From Octopus sinensis (taxonomy: Eukaryota): a stretch of DNA of 64,000 bases. The DNA is taken from the NCBI RefSeq assembly GCF_006345805.1, contig NC_043019.1, positions 23,869,360 through 23,933,359 on the forward strand, given 5' to 3'. A program made the position numbers and the translations under genes. Below are positions 14,401-23,074 of the stretch, in pieces; positions within the stretch are counted from its first letter, which is position 1; the number at the start of each line of letters is the position of its first letter. The notes under the pieces are model-generated. The model was not told where the DNA came from. It did not search any database and saw only the letters and a list, made by a program, of their open reading frames with translations.

Positions 14401-17400
14401 GAAGTGTAAGGAAACACCTGCTCTGGATTTGAATTCAAGTCTCATAAATAGAATGTCCAGTATCCCTCTCTGTCCCTGCAGCCATTTGACTCTCCACCAC
14501 ATCCTTTTATCAGTCTATAATACTAAGTTAAATGGTTTTTCAAGAATATTTTATATGTTGTTTTGATTTAATTTGTTTACTTTTTTTTTTTGTTTCTTAC
14601 CTTCATTAGATTCCTCCTATCATTGCAACTTTAGCGATGGAGTGTTGTGTGGAATTGCGGAATCACCAGAGGCAGACTACAGTTGGATCTTTGTACCTGC
14701 CAGTTTTATCGAGACACTTGATCATACATCAAAAGCAAGCTCAGGTAAGTGAAAGGGCTATATTTTGCACCTATTTCTTAAATGACAACACAGGTGTTGG
14801 ATTGGTTTTAAAATGGGAGAATTTCCATGTGGTTCCAATAAAAAGCCAAACAAAAGTTTTACAAACTCCATTTACCTTTCCTACTTAATAGTAATTGTAA
14901 GTTTTTACCTGTTAACTATGAAGCTAAATGGAGACAGAAAAGTAAAGAGCATTTCTTGTTTTTATTTAACTTGCTTTAGAATGCCTTTGAGAAAGTTTTG
15001 AATAAGGAAAAGCAGAGGTCACTAGTTTAATATCTTAACCTCTATTTAGGGCTGTGTAAATAGAGTTATAACCCCTGGGCAATGCACTGGAATCACAGCA
15101 AATTTAGATAAGCATTGGTATCCTAGTGTGACAATGTGTTAAGATGACACAGCCTCTCATTCGCTATATGAAGAGAGAAATGTTAATGAGGTGTGTTAAT
15201 TGCATGTAATTGTTACATGTAATTGTTACATGTAATTGTTACATGTAATTGTTACGTCCAACCCATGCTAGCATGGAGAACGGACGTTAAACGACGATGA
15301 TGATGATGTTAAGTAGAGGATCAGACTAGTTTTCTTTACTGTGTCTGAGTTCAAGACCTATAGAGAAGGACTTTGTCTTCTATTTTTTTTTAGTCATTAA
15401 AATAAGTATTGGGTAATATACAGGGGTTAATTCAATCAAATTTATTCTTCTCCTTTGAAAATATACCTTGTACTTTGCTGCCACAAATCCCTATCATGTG
15501 TGTGTGTGTGCATGTATATATACTTAGAAGGTTGTTTGTTACCGTGCTTTATAGTGCTTTATAAATGCCAAACCAATGATCACTCTCTGACTGACCATAA
15601 ACAGATCTACCTCTGGCCAACATATCTGAATAGTCACCTGCATAGTTAAGCACTTTACAGGTGTAAAACCAATGGTCATTCTCTAAATAGTGAAAGTGAA
15701 AGGATGCCATCAATAAATGATGAATTACAATCGCAATTCTTATAAAAATCCTGGTCAGCTTTAGTACAACCAAATGATACGCTTTCTTGCATTGTAGTGT
15801 AGAAAGTTATATAAATATTCTGTTTTGCCTCCAACACCCAAAATTATTGTCATCAGAATAGTCTGAATGTCCAGTCAGCCGTGTCAATTCATCATCGTCC
15901 AAACAGCAAACCCAGTCATCTCTTTCTGATAGTTATAACATTGTCATTCACTTTGTTTTCTATTTGCCCTTACTCAAGCTGTGTTGAACCAATTGATAAC
16001 AAACTGACATTTTTGTCTTCTTTTGTAGGTATGTTGGCTTATGCCCCAACACATTATGAAACCTTAGAACCATGGACACAAAGAATGGTATTAAATCTGA
16101 GACAAGACAACATACCTCACTGTCTTAATTTTTATCTCAAGTATGAATCAACTGCAAATATGCAGGTAAATAAAGGACTTGCCCTGTCTTTGACTCTAAT
16201 TTATGTATGAAACAATTCTAAACATTTATATTTCTTTGTTTTAATATAACCACTTCACTGTTCAGAGCAGAACTAGCTTGATTTTAAAACAGCTGTGACT
16301 CTACACTAGAAGCATTCAAGGCCTTTGTGACACACTTTTCTAAGGAAATGAAATTTTCTCTTGTGTTGTTTACAATGACAAAAGGATGTTTAATGATTCA
16401 CTTCAACCTCCTCATTATGGTTACCTTTCTGATGGTTTGTTCATGAACGAATGTTAATTACTTGTAGGTACACCATATTTCGTTATACGACCAAGTCTTG
16501 TCGTATGTGCTTAGGAATTGATAAATCATCATCTTCATCATCTTCATCATCTTCATCTTTCTCCCCATTTTTATATCAAAGATTTCCAATGCCAACTTAT
16601 TGATCCCTAAAAGCTGCACACATCTAACCCTCATGTTTACACTTTTTGATAGGTAAGTGTCAGGAATCAATCAGAAAAATTAATTCTGTGGACCTACAAC
16701 AAAACATCGATTGTTAAGTGGTCAAAAATACAACTGACATTACCATCTGTTGGTCAAGAAACAGAGCTTTATTTTGATGTGATAGGCAAGGTACTAGACT
16801 CCTCAACAAAGCGCCGAGTTATGGTTGATGATATCAGTATTGAAAGAGGTACCTGCAAAAATCTTAGTAAGTATTTCTTCCTCTTAAAAGTATTCCTTCT
16901 CTCAATTGAGCATATAAAATGTATTTTCTATTTTGAAAAGCTTTTGAACCAAAAAAACAGTGGCTGATCCAGTGCTAAGCCAGCTCAGTATTAACCAGCA
17001 AGACATTTGGGTGGTGAGAGGACATGTTAGATAATGTAGTCCTAGATATATTGTGCTTGAAAAAAAAAAAAAAAAGATGGTATGGTCATTGCCAGAATAG
17101 CTTTGATGAGAAGTTTTTCTGTAGTGGCACTGATTTGTTGTTAAACATGAAAAAATGACCTCAGTTTGTACTGCAGTGGCAGCAGCAGCAGCAGCAGTGG
17201 CAGCAGTGGCAGCAGTGGCAGCAGTGGCAGCAGAAGCACCAGCAGCAGCATATTCCATAATAATCAAATAAAATATCTCATAGTGAAAAATAATGTTGGT
17301 GCACATCACAAGTATTCATGAGTTTTAAGAACTTGTTGCTCTCAATATATCACTTTGGGTCTTCCCTCCAGCTAATCAAAGTCTTGTTACTTATGCTTAA

Positions 17401-20400
17401 TTCTGCCTTTGCCATTTTGATAAATAACTTCCAATCAGAGGTAATGATAATTTCGTTAGTAAGACAGTGATACAGTGTAAATTAGAGAGATCCACCTAAC
17501 TGTCTTTCCTTCAAATTCATATTCGTATAGTGTTATAAATTAAGATACATCCAAATTAGAAACGACTGCATTAAATTTTTCAACCTAAAAGTAACATATC
17601 CCCAATAGTTTCAATGTTCTATCCTCAGGTGTTGTTTGCTCACCAATTCTGCAAAGATTTTGATAACTTTGTTCAACCATGTTCTAAACATGCTGAAGTA
17701 ATTCTAATGTTTTGGAATATATGCTTGGGTATATATATTGGAGAAGTTCTTAAGCAGATCAGGCCGAAAATGTCGCTAGAAGCTAGGATCACCAAGCATA
17801 GATTGGCATATTTTGGTCATATTATGCGGAGAAAATCCCTGGAGAAGGACATCATGCTCGGAATGGTCAGTGGCAAGAGAGGAAGAGGCCGACCAAGAAC
17901 CTGCCGACTGGACACCATCAAGAGTGATACCGGAATAGACATAGCCAATCTGAAAGAAGTGGCCCAGGATAGAACTGACTGGAGGGCACTGATCCATTGA
18001 GTAAATGAGAGTCGACTTTGACTGAGCGGATAGATAGATATATCTAATCCAATCGAACAATAGGCTCATAGTTTTAATCACTCACATTTTATTCTAAAAC
18101 AATCATTCTATGGATAATAAACAGATTCTAATACATGAAGCAATATTCTTATTATCCAAATCCGAATTCTTACACAATATGCGCATTCCTCGGATAATAA
18201 ATCCAGCATGTTGTAGTGGGAGCACTGTTAAAAGTTTTAACACATCACAGTGCAGGAGATATTGAAGGCTCTTTTTTTAAGTACTAATTTTAAAAGTATA
18301 TATGAGAAACTAATTAACAACATACTCCAGTGTATACTTAAATCCCTTCAAGGTAATGTTTTCTGCTAATCTATTTAGGATCAAGAAAAGAAACACCAGT
18401 GAAAGGCTGAAAGGTTTAATTAGGATTTTTATTTGTGGTGGATGTTTGACCCATGCCAGGCTACCAAGAATTATTGAGTTATACCAATGACAAAAACAAA
18501 CACAAATATATTCAACATCACCTCTCATACAACGAAGAACCTTCATCGTTTCATTTATTTTTTTTCAGCTTGTGAACCAGATTGGTTGCCTTGTAAATCT
18601 GGAGATATGTGCTACCATTCATCTAAGCAGTGTGACCGTGTTATTGATTGCCTTGATTCCAGTGATGAGAAAAAATGCAGTAAGTTTTTGCCATTTAGAT
18701 ACATCTAGAAAAACGCATGTTTGTGTTTGTATCTAACCAAGTGTATTCAATTCAATTTTGTTGCAGCAAGACAACATCGTTTGTTTCAGATCAAATGTTT
18801 TATATTTTGGAGGTCATCATCATCATCACTTTTACATCCACTTGTTCTGCTCTGATTTTGTTGGATGAACCTTCTTGATGTAGTATTCTGCAGCCAGATG
18901 CTATTCCTGATATCAATCACTAATTGCTTTTGAGGAGATACTTTATTCCATGCATAGGACTGCTGGGTGGCAGTGTAAACAAGTATTGTCATAAATAGTG
19001 GCAATACTACAATAATTGGCAATGAGTAACTACGTTACAACAGAACCTAAGGTTCACGCTAGCTTTGCACTCTTTGTACATAAACTGCTTCCCTTATTCG
19101 TCCTTAAATCATAAACAGGTGTAATTAGGACATCTGAATGAAGTCCATTGAATGAATCATTGTGTTTATCTGACACATGTTGGCAAAATCTAGAAATAAG
19201 TTTTAGCAATGTGTAAGTACAAGGTCGTGGATAGAAACTACTGTGTTGAAACTGTTTGGTCAATCTTGATATTATAATATTAGGTTGTCCCAAAAGTTTG
19301 TAAACACTTGCGAAAATTGAATTTTTACTCGCCAAGTACTAACAAAAACAACAAAAATTATTCCTCAAAATAAAGACCATTATTTTCCAAGACTTTCTAC
19401 GAACTTTTGGGACAACCTTATATAAACATACACACAGACACTGGAATGAATTTCTCTTATCTTCTTCTTCAAGAATCCTTGATTAATCAATTCTCTCTTT
19501 ATCATTAGAATGCAGAACAGATGAATTCCAATGTGACTCTAATATCTGCATAAGTTACTCAAAGACTTGCAATGGAGAAAATGACTGCACTGATGGTAGT
19601 GATGAAGTTCGGCATTGTGGTAATTTAAAAAATTTTCCTCTCATCTCACAACTAAGAATTATATCGTTTTAATGCGTCTCCTCTTTTACAGTTATTTCCC
19701 CCATCTTTTCTTGTGTATTGTTCCTTTTAAATCTTGTAATCCTTTTATATGCTGATAGCCACTTAGCAATACATGTACTCAGCCAGATTAAGTCATTCTT
19801 AAGAACAATGGTTTCAATAAAGTTTCAATTCATGGTTATCTTGTAGATTGTCATGAAAATTATGCCTCATACAATTTGAAATTATTTTATTCTTTCTTCC
19901 CTCTCTTGCAATTGTGTATTCTTTACACGGTCGTACTTATAAATCTGTTTTGTTTCTACTTTCCCAGATATTTACAAAAATGTAAACTGCTCTTTTGAAA
20001 AGGAGTTCAAATGCGGTTATAAGAGTAATGGCACAAAATTCACATGGATTCGAGGATCGGGTACAACACCTTCTGCTAATACAGGGCCATCAAATGACCC
20101 CTTTAACAAGACTGGTATGTATCTCATCACAATGGCATATAACTATATACATACATATATGTATACGCACATGCACACACACACACACACACACACATCA
20201 AAATTACAGTCCGTACATATTCTGTATGAACATAAAAATACAAGACTTTAGACATAAAAGTGACTGAAGTGTAGCATCCATTTGAGTTCTGACTTGAACT
20301 GTAACAAAGATGTTTTATCATTCTTCCGCTTGCATATTGATAGGAGTTCAGAATTCATATTCAAAATCGAATCCTTAGCAAAAAACATCTTCATTGCTTC

Positions 20401-21364
20401 CATCACTGCATTTTATTACGTAAATTATGCTACCATACCAAATGTGTCTCTCATTCAGGCTCCAAATTACAAATATATACATACATACACACACAAGCAA
20501 ACAAACATGCATTTATGTGTGTGTGTGTGTGTATGTATGCTTATATGTATTTATGTATCATCATCATCATCATCGTTTAACGTCCGCTTTCCATGCTAGC
20601 ATGGGTTGGACGGTTCAACTGGGGTCTGGCAAGCCCGAAGGCTGCACCAGGCCAGTCAGATCTGGCAGTGTTTCTACAGCTGGATGCCCTTCCTAACGCC
20701 AACCACTCCGAGAGTGTAGTGGGTGATTTTATGTGCCACCGACACAGGTGCCAGACGAGGCTGGCAGACGGCCACGCTCGGATGGTGTTTTTTTTTTATG
20801 TGCCACCGACACAGGTGCCAGACGAGGCTGGCTGACGGCCATGCTCGGATGGTGTTTTCTTATGTGTCACCGACACAGGTGCCAGACGGGGCTGGCGGAC
20901 GGCCACGCTCGGATGGTGTTTGTTATGTGCCCTCAGCACGGAGGCCAGTCGTTGCGGTACTGGCTACGATCACGTTCGGATGGTTTTCTTATGTGCCACC
21001 GGCACTGGTACCACAAGGATACAAATTCCATTGATGTTCATCTATTTTGATTTGGTTCGATTTGATTTGATTTGATTCGATTCGATTCTCACTTGCCTCA
21101 ACAGGTCTTCACAAGTGTCACAAGAAGGAAGGTATGCACAGGTGGACTGACTACGTCCCAGGTAGGGGCCACGGATTATGGCTTCACTAGTCTTGCCGGG
21201 TCTTCTCACGCACAGCATACTTCCATAGGTCTCGGTCTCTAGTCATTTCCATGGTGAGACCTAACGTCCGAAGGTCGTGCTTCACCACTTCGTCCCAGGT
21301 TTTATTTATAAATGTAATGCAAGTATATGTATGTGTGTGTGTGTGTGTATGTATGTTTACATAC

Positions 21365-21396
<32 letters not shown>

Positions 21397-22066
21397 TTAC
21401 ATACATGTGTGTGTTCCTTGAGTAAGAATCTTATCTTGACATTTTATACTTGTGTGGAGATTAACTTATGCATTAAATAGAGTAAATTTATTGATCGTTT
21501 CCTATTTATTGATTATTGTGATTGACTTCAAGAATATTAAGAAAGGAGTTGTTATAAGCATCCTACCCAAACAATTGAATTAGATTAATGTGATCCTTAA
21601 AACTGCAAATCAAAACACAAGTACTCATTCAGTCAACTAGAAGTTTATCATCTGCTGTTGTGTCTCCTATAATTCTAGAATTGAGGATATTATCAGCATT
21701 TTTGTTTCCATTTTAGAATCATACATGTATACTGAGGGATCGAAAGGAGAAGAAGGTGACATTGCAGCATTCACTTCACCCAATTTCACGGCCAGCACCG
21801 TCACAAGCCTGACCTTTTATTACAGCATGTATGGTGAACAGATGGGCACATTGCAGCTGATGGTCAATCAGTTAGACATTGCACAGGACACTATACTCTG
21901 GCAGAAAACAGGAGACCAAGGAAAGTCGTGGCATTATGAATGTGTTAATCTCCCAACCAGCAAAAACGTGAGAATATCATTCCTTGCAATCCGAAGTGGA
22001 CATTATACAAATGATATGGCCATTGATCATATATATCTACAGTATTCCAAATGCCCCACGAGGTAA
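1327..22066 (+). CDS. Mosaic extracellular serine protease, 5'-partial: (SRCR end)-trypsin-like S1A protease-LDLa-MAM-LDLa-MAM-LDLa-LDLa-MAM; 16 exons, about 908 aa in window
   Basis: join(1327-1376,1861-2050,3491-3762,5232-5368,7043-7199,7555-7656,9737-9895,11442-11768,12692-12820,14610-14744,16029-16165,16653-16866,18569-18679,19509-19619,19968-20114,21717-22066). All intron phases match; 2728 nt = 1 + 909 codons ending in TAA. Motifs IVGG, LTAAHC, NDIALL, GDSGGP; MAM motifs CxF(D/E/S)..CG and (A/V)(I/V)DD/DH; LDLa C..DC.D.SDE..C. Confidence 0.9.
1861..2050 (+). CDS. Protease gene exon: activation site (M-IVGG) to catalytic His (TAAHC)
   Basis: ttgcag acceptor; CGIAP...VPMIVGGSDAEPGKIPWHA...LTAAHCV; GC donor AG|GCAAGT. 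Confidence 0.93.
2345..2680 (-). mobile_element. tRNA-derived SINE, family D
   Basis: Minus-strand head TGGCTCAGTGG...GAGTTCAATTCC; partial relative at about 57100-57290. Confidence 0.7.
3491..3762 (+). CDS. Protease gene exon with catalytic Asp (NDIALL) and QPICL
   Basis: ttccag acceptor, GTAAGT donor, phase 2 to 1. Confidence 0.93.
5232..5368 (+). CDS. Protease gene exon PSKTLQ...ICAGHYSAQVAVCL
   Basis: ttgtag acceptor, GTGAGT donor, phase 1 to 0. Confidence 0.92.
6127..6543 (+). mobile_element. tRNA-derived SINE, family B (young copy)
   Basis: Same family as 732-1175; CpGs retained; ends (gagtaaa)n. Confidence 0.85.
7043..7199 (+). CDS. Protease gene exon with catalytic Ser (GDSGGP) to the end of the protease domain
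   Basis: ttccag acceptor, GTATGT donor; GDSGGPLWC...GITSFV...PGVFTDVKLYLPWI. Confidence 0.93.
7555..7656 (+). CDS. LDLa domain 1 exon (CAFKCRDHSCLFDKALVCDRKPDCPDKSDEDIC)
   Basis: tttcag/GTAAGC, phase 1-1, six Cys plus DC.D.SDE. Confidence 0.88.
8653..9056 (+). mobile_element. tRNA-derived SINE, family B
   Basis: Same family as 6127-6543. Confidence 0.85.
9196..9500 (+). mobile_element. SINE family A (Meta-domain-like), two CpG-decayed copies
   Basis: gaggt(c/t)gactttg.ctttcatcctt..gggt...aa.taagtaccagtt core resembles the Meta domain of MetaSINEs; similar decayed pair at about 10985-11360. Confidence 0.65.
9737..9895 (+). CDS. MAM domain 1, N-terminal exon (NCTFDDKFLCGY...DHTHG)
   Basis: tcacag/GTCAGT, phase 1-1. 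Confidence 0.88.
10398..10740 (-). mobile_element. Penelope-like element terminal fragment with a minimal hammerhead motif
   Basis: Shares about 165 bp with 27488-27654; minus strand carries CTGACGA...GAAA; PLE assignment inferred from the hammerhead form. Confidence 0.55.
10503..10537 (-). ncRNA. Minimal type I hammerhead ribozyme motif, decayed
   Basis: GUUU-CUGACGA-A-GAGC-UCC-GCUC-GAA-ACAU-U-AAAC; core intact, stem III ACGU changed to ACAU. Confidence 0.6.
11442..11768 (+). CDS. MAM domain 1, C-terminal exon (CLRFFYQLWG...MAIDDVLVSPDAC)
   Basis: ctctag/GTAAGT, phase 1-1. Confidence 0.9.
12692..12820 (+). CDS. LDLa domain 2 exon, degenerate Ca-binding motif (CLQNEISC...CNILNHCRKTSSDEINC)
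   Basis: ctgtag/GTAAAA, phase 1-1, six Cys plus SDE. Confidence 0.8.
13566..13864 (-). mobile_element. tRNA-derived SINE, family B (degraded, reverse)
   Basis: Reverse complement of the family B head and tail. Confidence 0.65.
14610..14744 (+). CDS. MAM domain 2, exon a (HCNFSDGVLCGI...LDHT)
   Basis: cattag/GTAAGT, phase 1-1. Confidence 0.85.
16029..16165 (+). CDS. MAM domain 2, exon b (GMLAY...HCLNFYLKYESTANMQ)
   Basis: ttgtag/GTAAAT, phase 1 to 0. Confidence 0.82.
16653..16866 (+). CDS. MAM domain 2, exon c (VSVRN...LILW...VMVDDISIERGTC)
   Basis: tgatag acceptor, GTAAGT donor, phase 0 to 1; open frame throughout. Confidence 0.85.
17740..18040 (+). mobile_element. RTE-clade LINE 3' fragment (RT C-terminus)
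   Basis: RLAYFGHIMRRKSLEKDIMLGMVSGKRGRGRPR...DTIK...AQDRTDWRALIH is a typical RTE/BovB-like C-terminus. Confidence 0.85.
18569..18679 (+). CDS. LDLa domain 3 exon (CEPDWLPCKSGDMC...CDRVIDCLDSSDEKKC)
   Basis: tttcag/GTAAGT, phase 1-1. Confidence 0.9.
19280..19420. mobile_element. Tc1/mariner-type MITE (141 bp)
   Basis: About 22-bp TIRs ttaggttgtcccaaaagtt / aacttttgggacaacctta flanked by TA on both sides. Confidence 0.75.
19509..19619 (+). CDS. LDLa domain 4 exon (CRTDEFQCDSNICI...CNGENDCTDGSDEVRHC)
   Basis: cattag/GTAATT, phase 1-1. Confidence 0.9.
19968..20114 (+). CDS. MAM domain 3, N-terminal exon (NCSFEKEFKCGY...WIRGSGTTPSANTGPSND)
   Basis: tcccag/GTATGT, phase 1-1, canonical MAM W...TPS..TGP..D motif. 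Confidence 0.9.
20558..21295 (-). mobile_element. RTE-clade LINE 3' end with (GAT)n tail and about 64-bp tandem repeats in the 3'UTR
   Basis: Minus strand WDEVVKHDLRTLGLTMEMTRDRDLWKYAVREKTRQD*; relatives at about 28820-29230(+), 23470-23650(-) and 24500-24670(+), short tails at 15256 and 25435. Confidence 0.8.
21717..22066 (+). CDS. MAM domain 3, C-terminal exon (YMYTE...FYYSMYG..MGTL...DMAIDHI...CPTR*), probable last coding exon
   Basis: ttttag acceptor, phase 1; TAA at 22064-22066; AATAAA at 22182 and 22194. A donor AG|GTAATT overlaps the stop, so the 3' end is not certain. Confidence 0.88.
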
Positions 22067-22242
22067 TTGAGTCATTTTTATTTGATTGTGTCTTTCTTTC
22101 ATTTTATTTCTAATATATTTGGGGGTGGGCGGGTTGCAGGGAGAAGTTGCTGAATTTTATTAATTATTGTTCAGTTTATAAAATAAATAGACAAATAAAA
22201 GTTAGTTACTCGTCTTAGTTCTTATTGTTGTTTGTGTTTGTA

Positions 22243-22277
<35 letters not shown>

Positions 22278-22283
<6 letters not shown>

Positions 22284-22545
22284 GTTATCGCCATACTAAT
22301 ATGGCATTCTTATAAAAATAAGAATAAAGCTGTCCGCTTATTAGCTCCATGAGGCCATCGCCTTAAGTTAGCTATTTGATACACAAACTGTATCCATATA
22401 ACCTTCGAACAAGGGAGGTCAGTCGCTCCACACTACTTGACCGGCAAATAGCTAACTTAAGGCGATGGCCTCATGGAGCTAATAAACGGACAGCTTTATT
22501 CTTATTTTTATAAGAATGCCATATTAGTATGGCGATAACTATTAT
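22278..22545. repeat. Inverted repeat, 101-bp arms, 66-nt loop
   Basis: 22278-22378 is the reverse complement of 22445-22545 with one mismatch. Confidence 0.95.
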
Positions 22546-22601
22546 TTTCCGGGAACGCTGCCGTGTTCTCTTTTAGAGAGACTTAATAATTTTCATATTT
22601 C

Positions 22602-22669
<68 letters not shown>

Positions 22670-22772
22670 CATATACACACACACACACATGCACACAACA
22701 ATATCAGTTCTAACACATGATTTCATATCAGGAATCTTGCATCTTGCAACACAAATTGATAACTGTCTATAT

Positions 22773-22805
<33 letters not shown>

Positions 22806-23027
22806 AATTTTAAAATAAGATAAAATCTTTATAAGAATTTATCAAGTAGTCAGCGTGAAAAAACCCCATAAGGGAAAATTTTGATTATTCCCTTTAAATA
22901 TATTTATTTATATTAAGGCAATTAATACACATAAATGCCTCATGCTATTAGGGACTTTTAAAGTCAAAGCTACCATAATAAATACAGTGTACCGAACACA
23001 AGGGAATGTAACTCTAGAAGTGAGCTC

Positions 23028-23074
<47 letters not shown>

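Noticed and set aside
15203-15256. Four copies of a 13-mer (ACATGTAATTGTT) abutting a short RTE tail
   Set aside because: Simple slippage at an insertion junction; no evidence of function.
17170-17250. Poly-Ala ORF on the minus strand (16902-17309)
   Set aside because: (GCA)/(GCAGTG GCA) microsatellite inside a protease intron.
20727-21010. CRISPR-like appearance of regular repeats
   Set aside because: No unique spacers, no cas genes, eukaryotic context; lies in an RTE 3'UTR.
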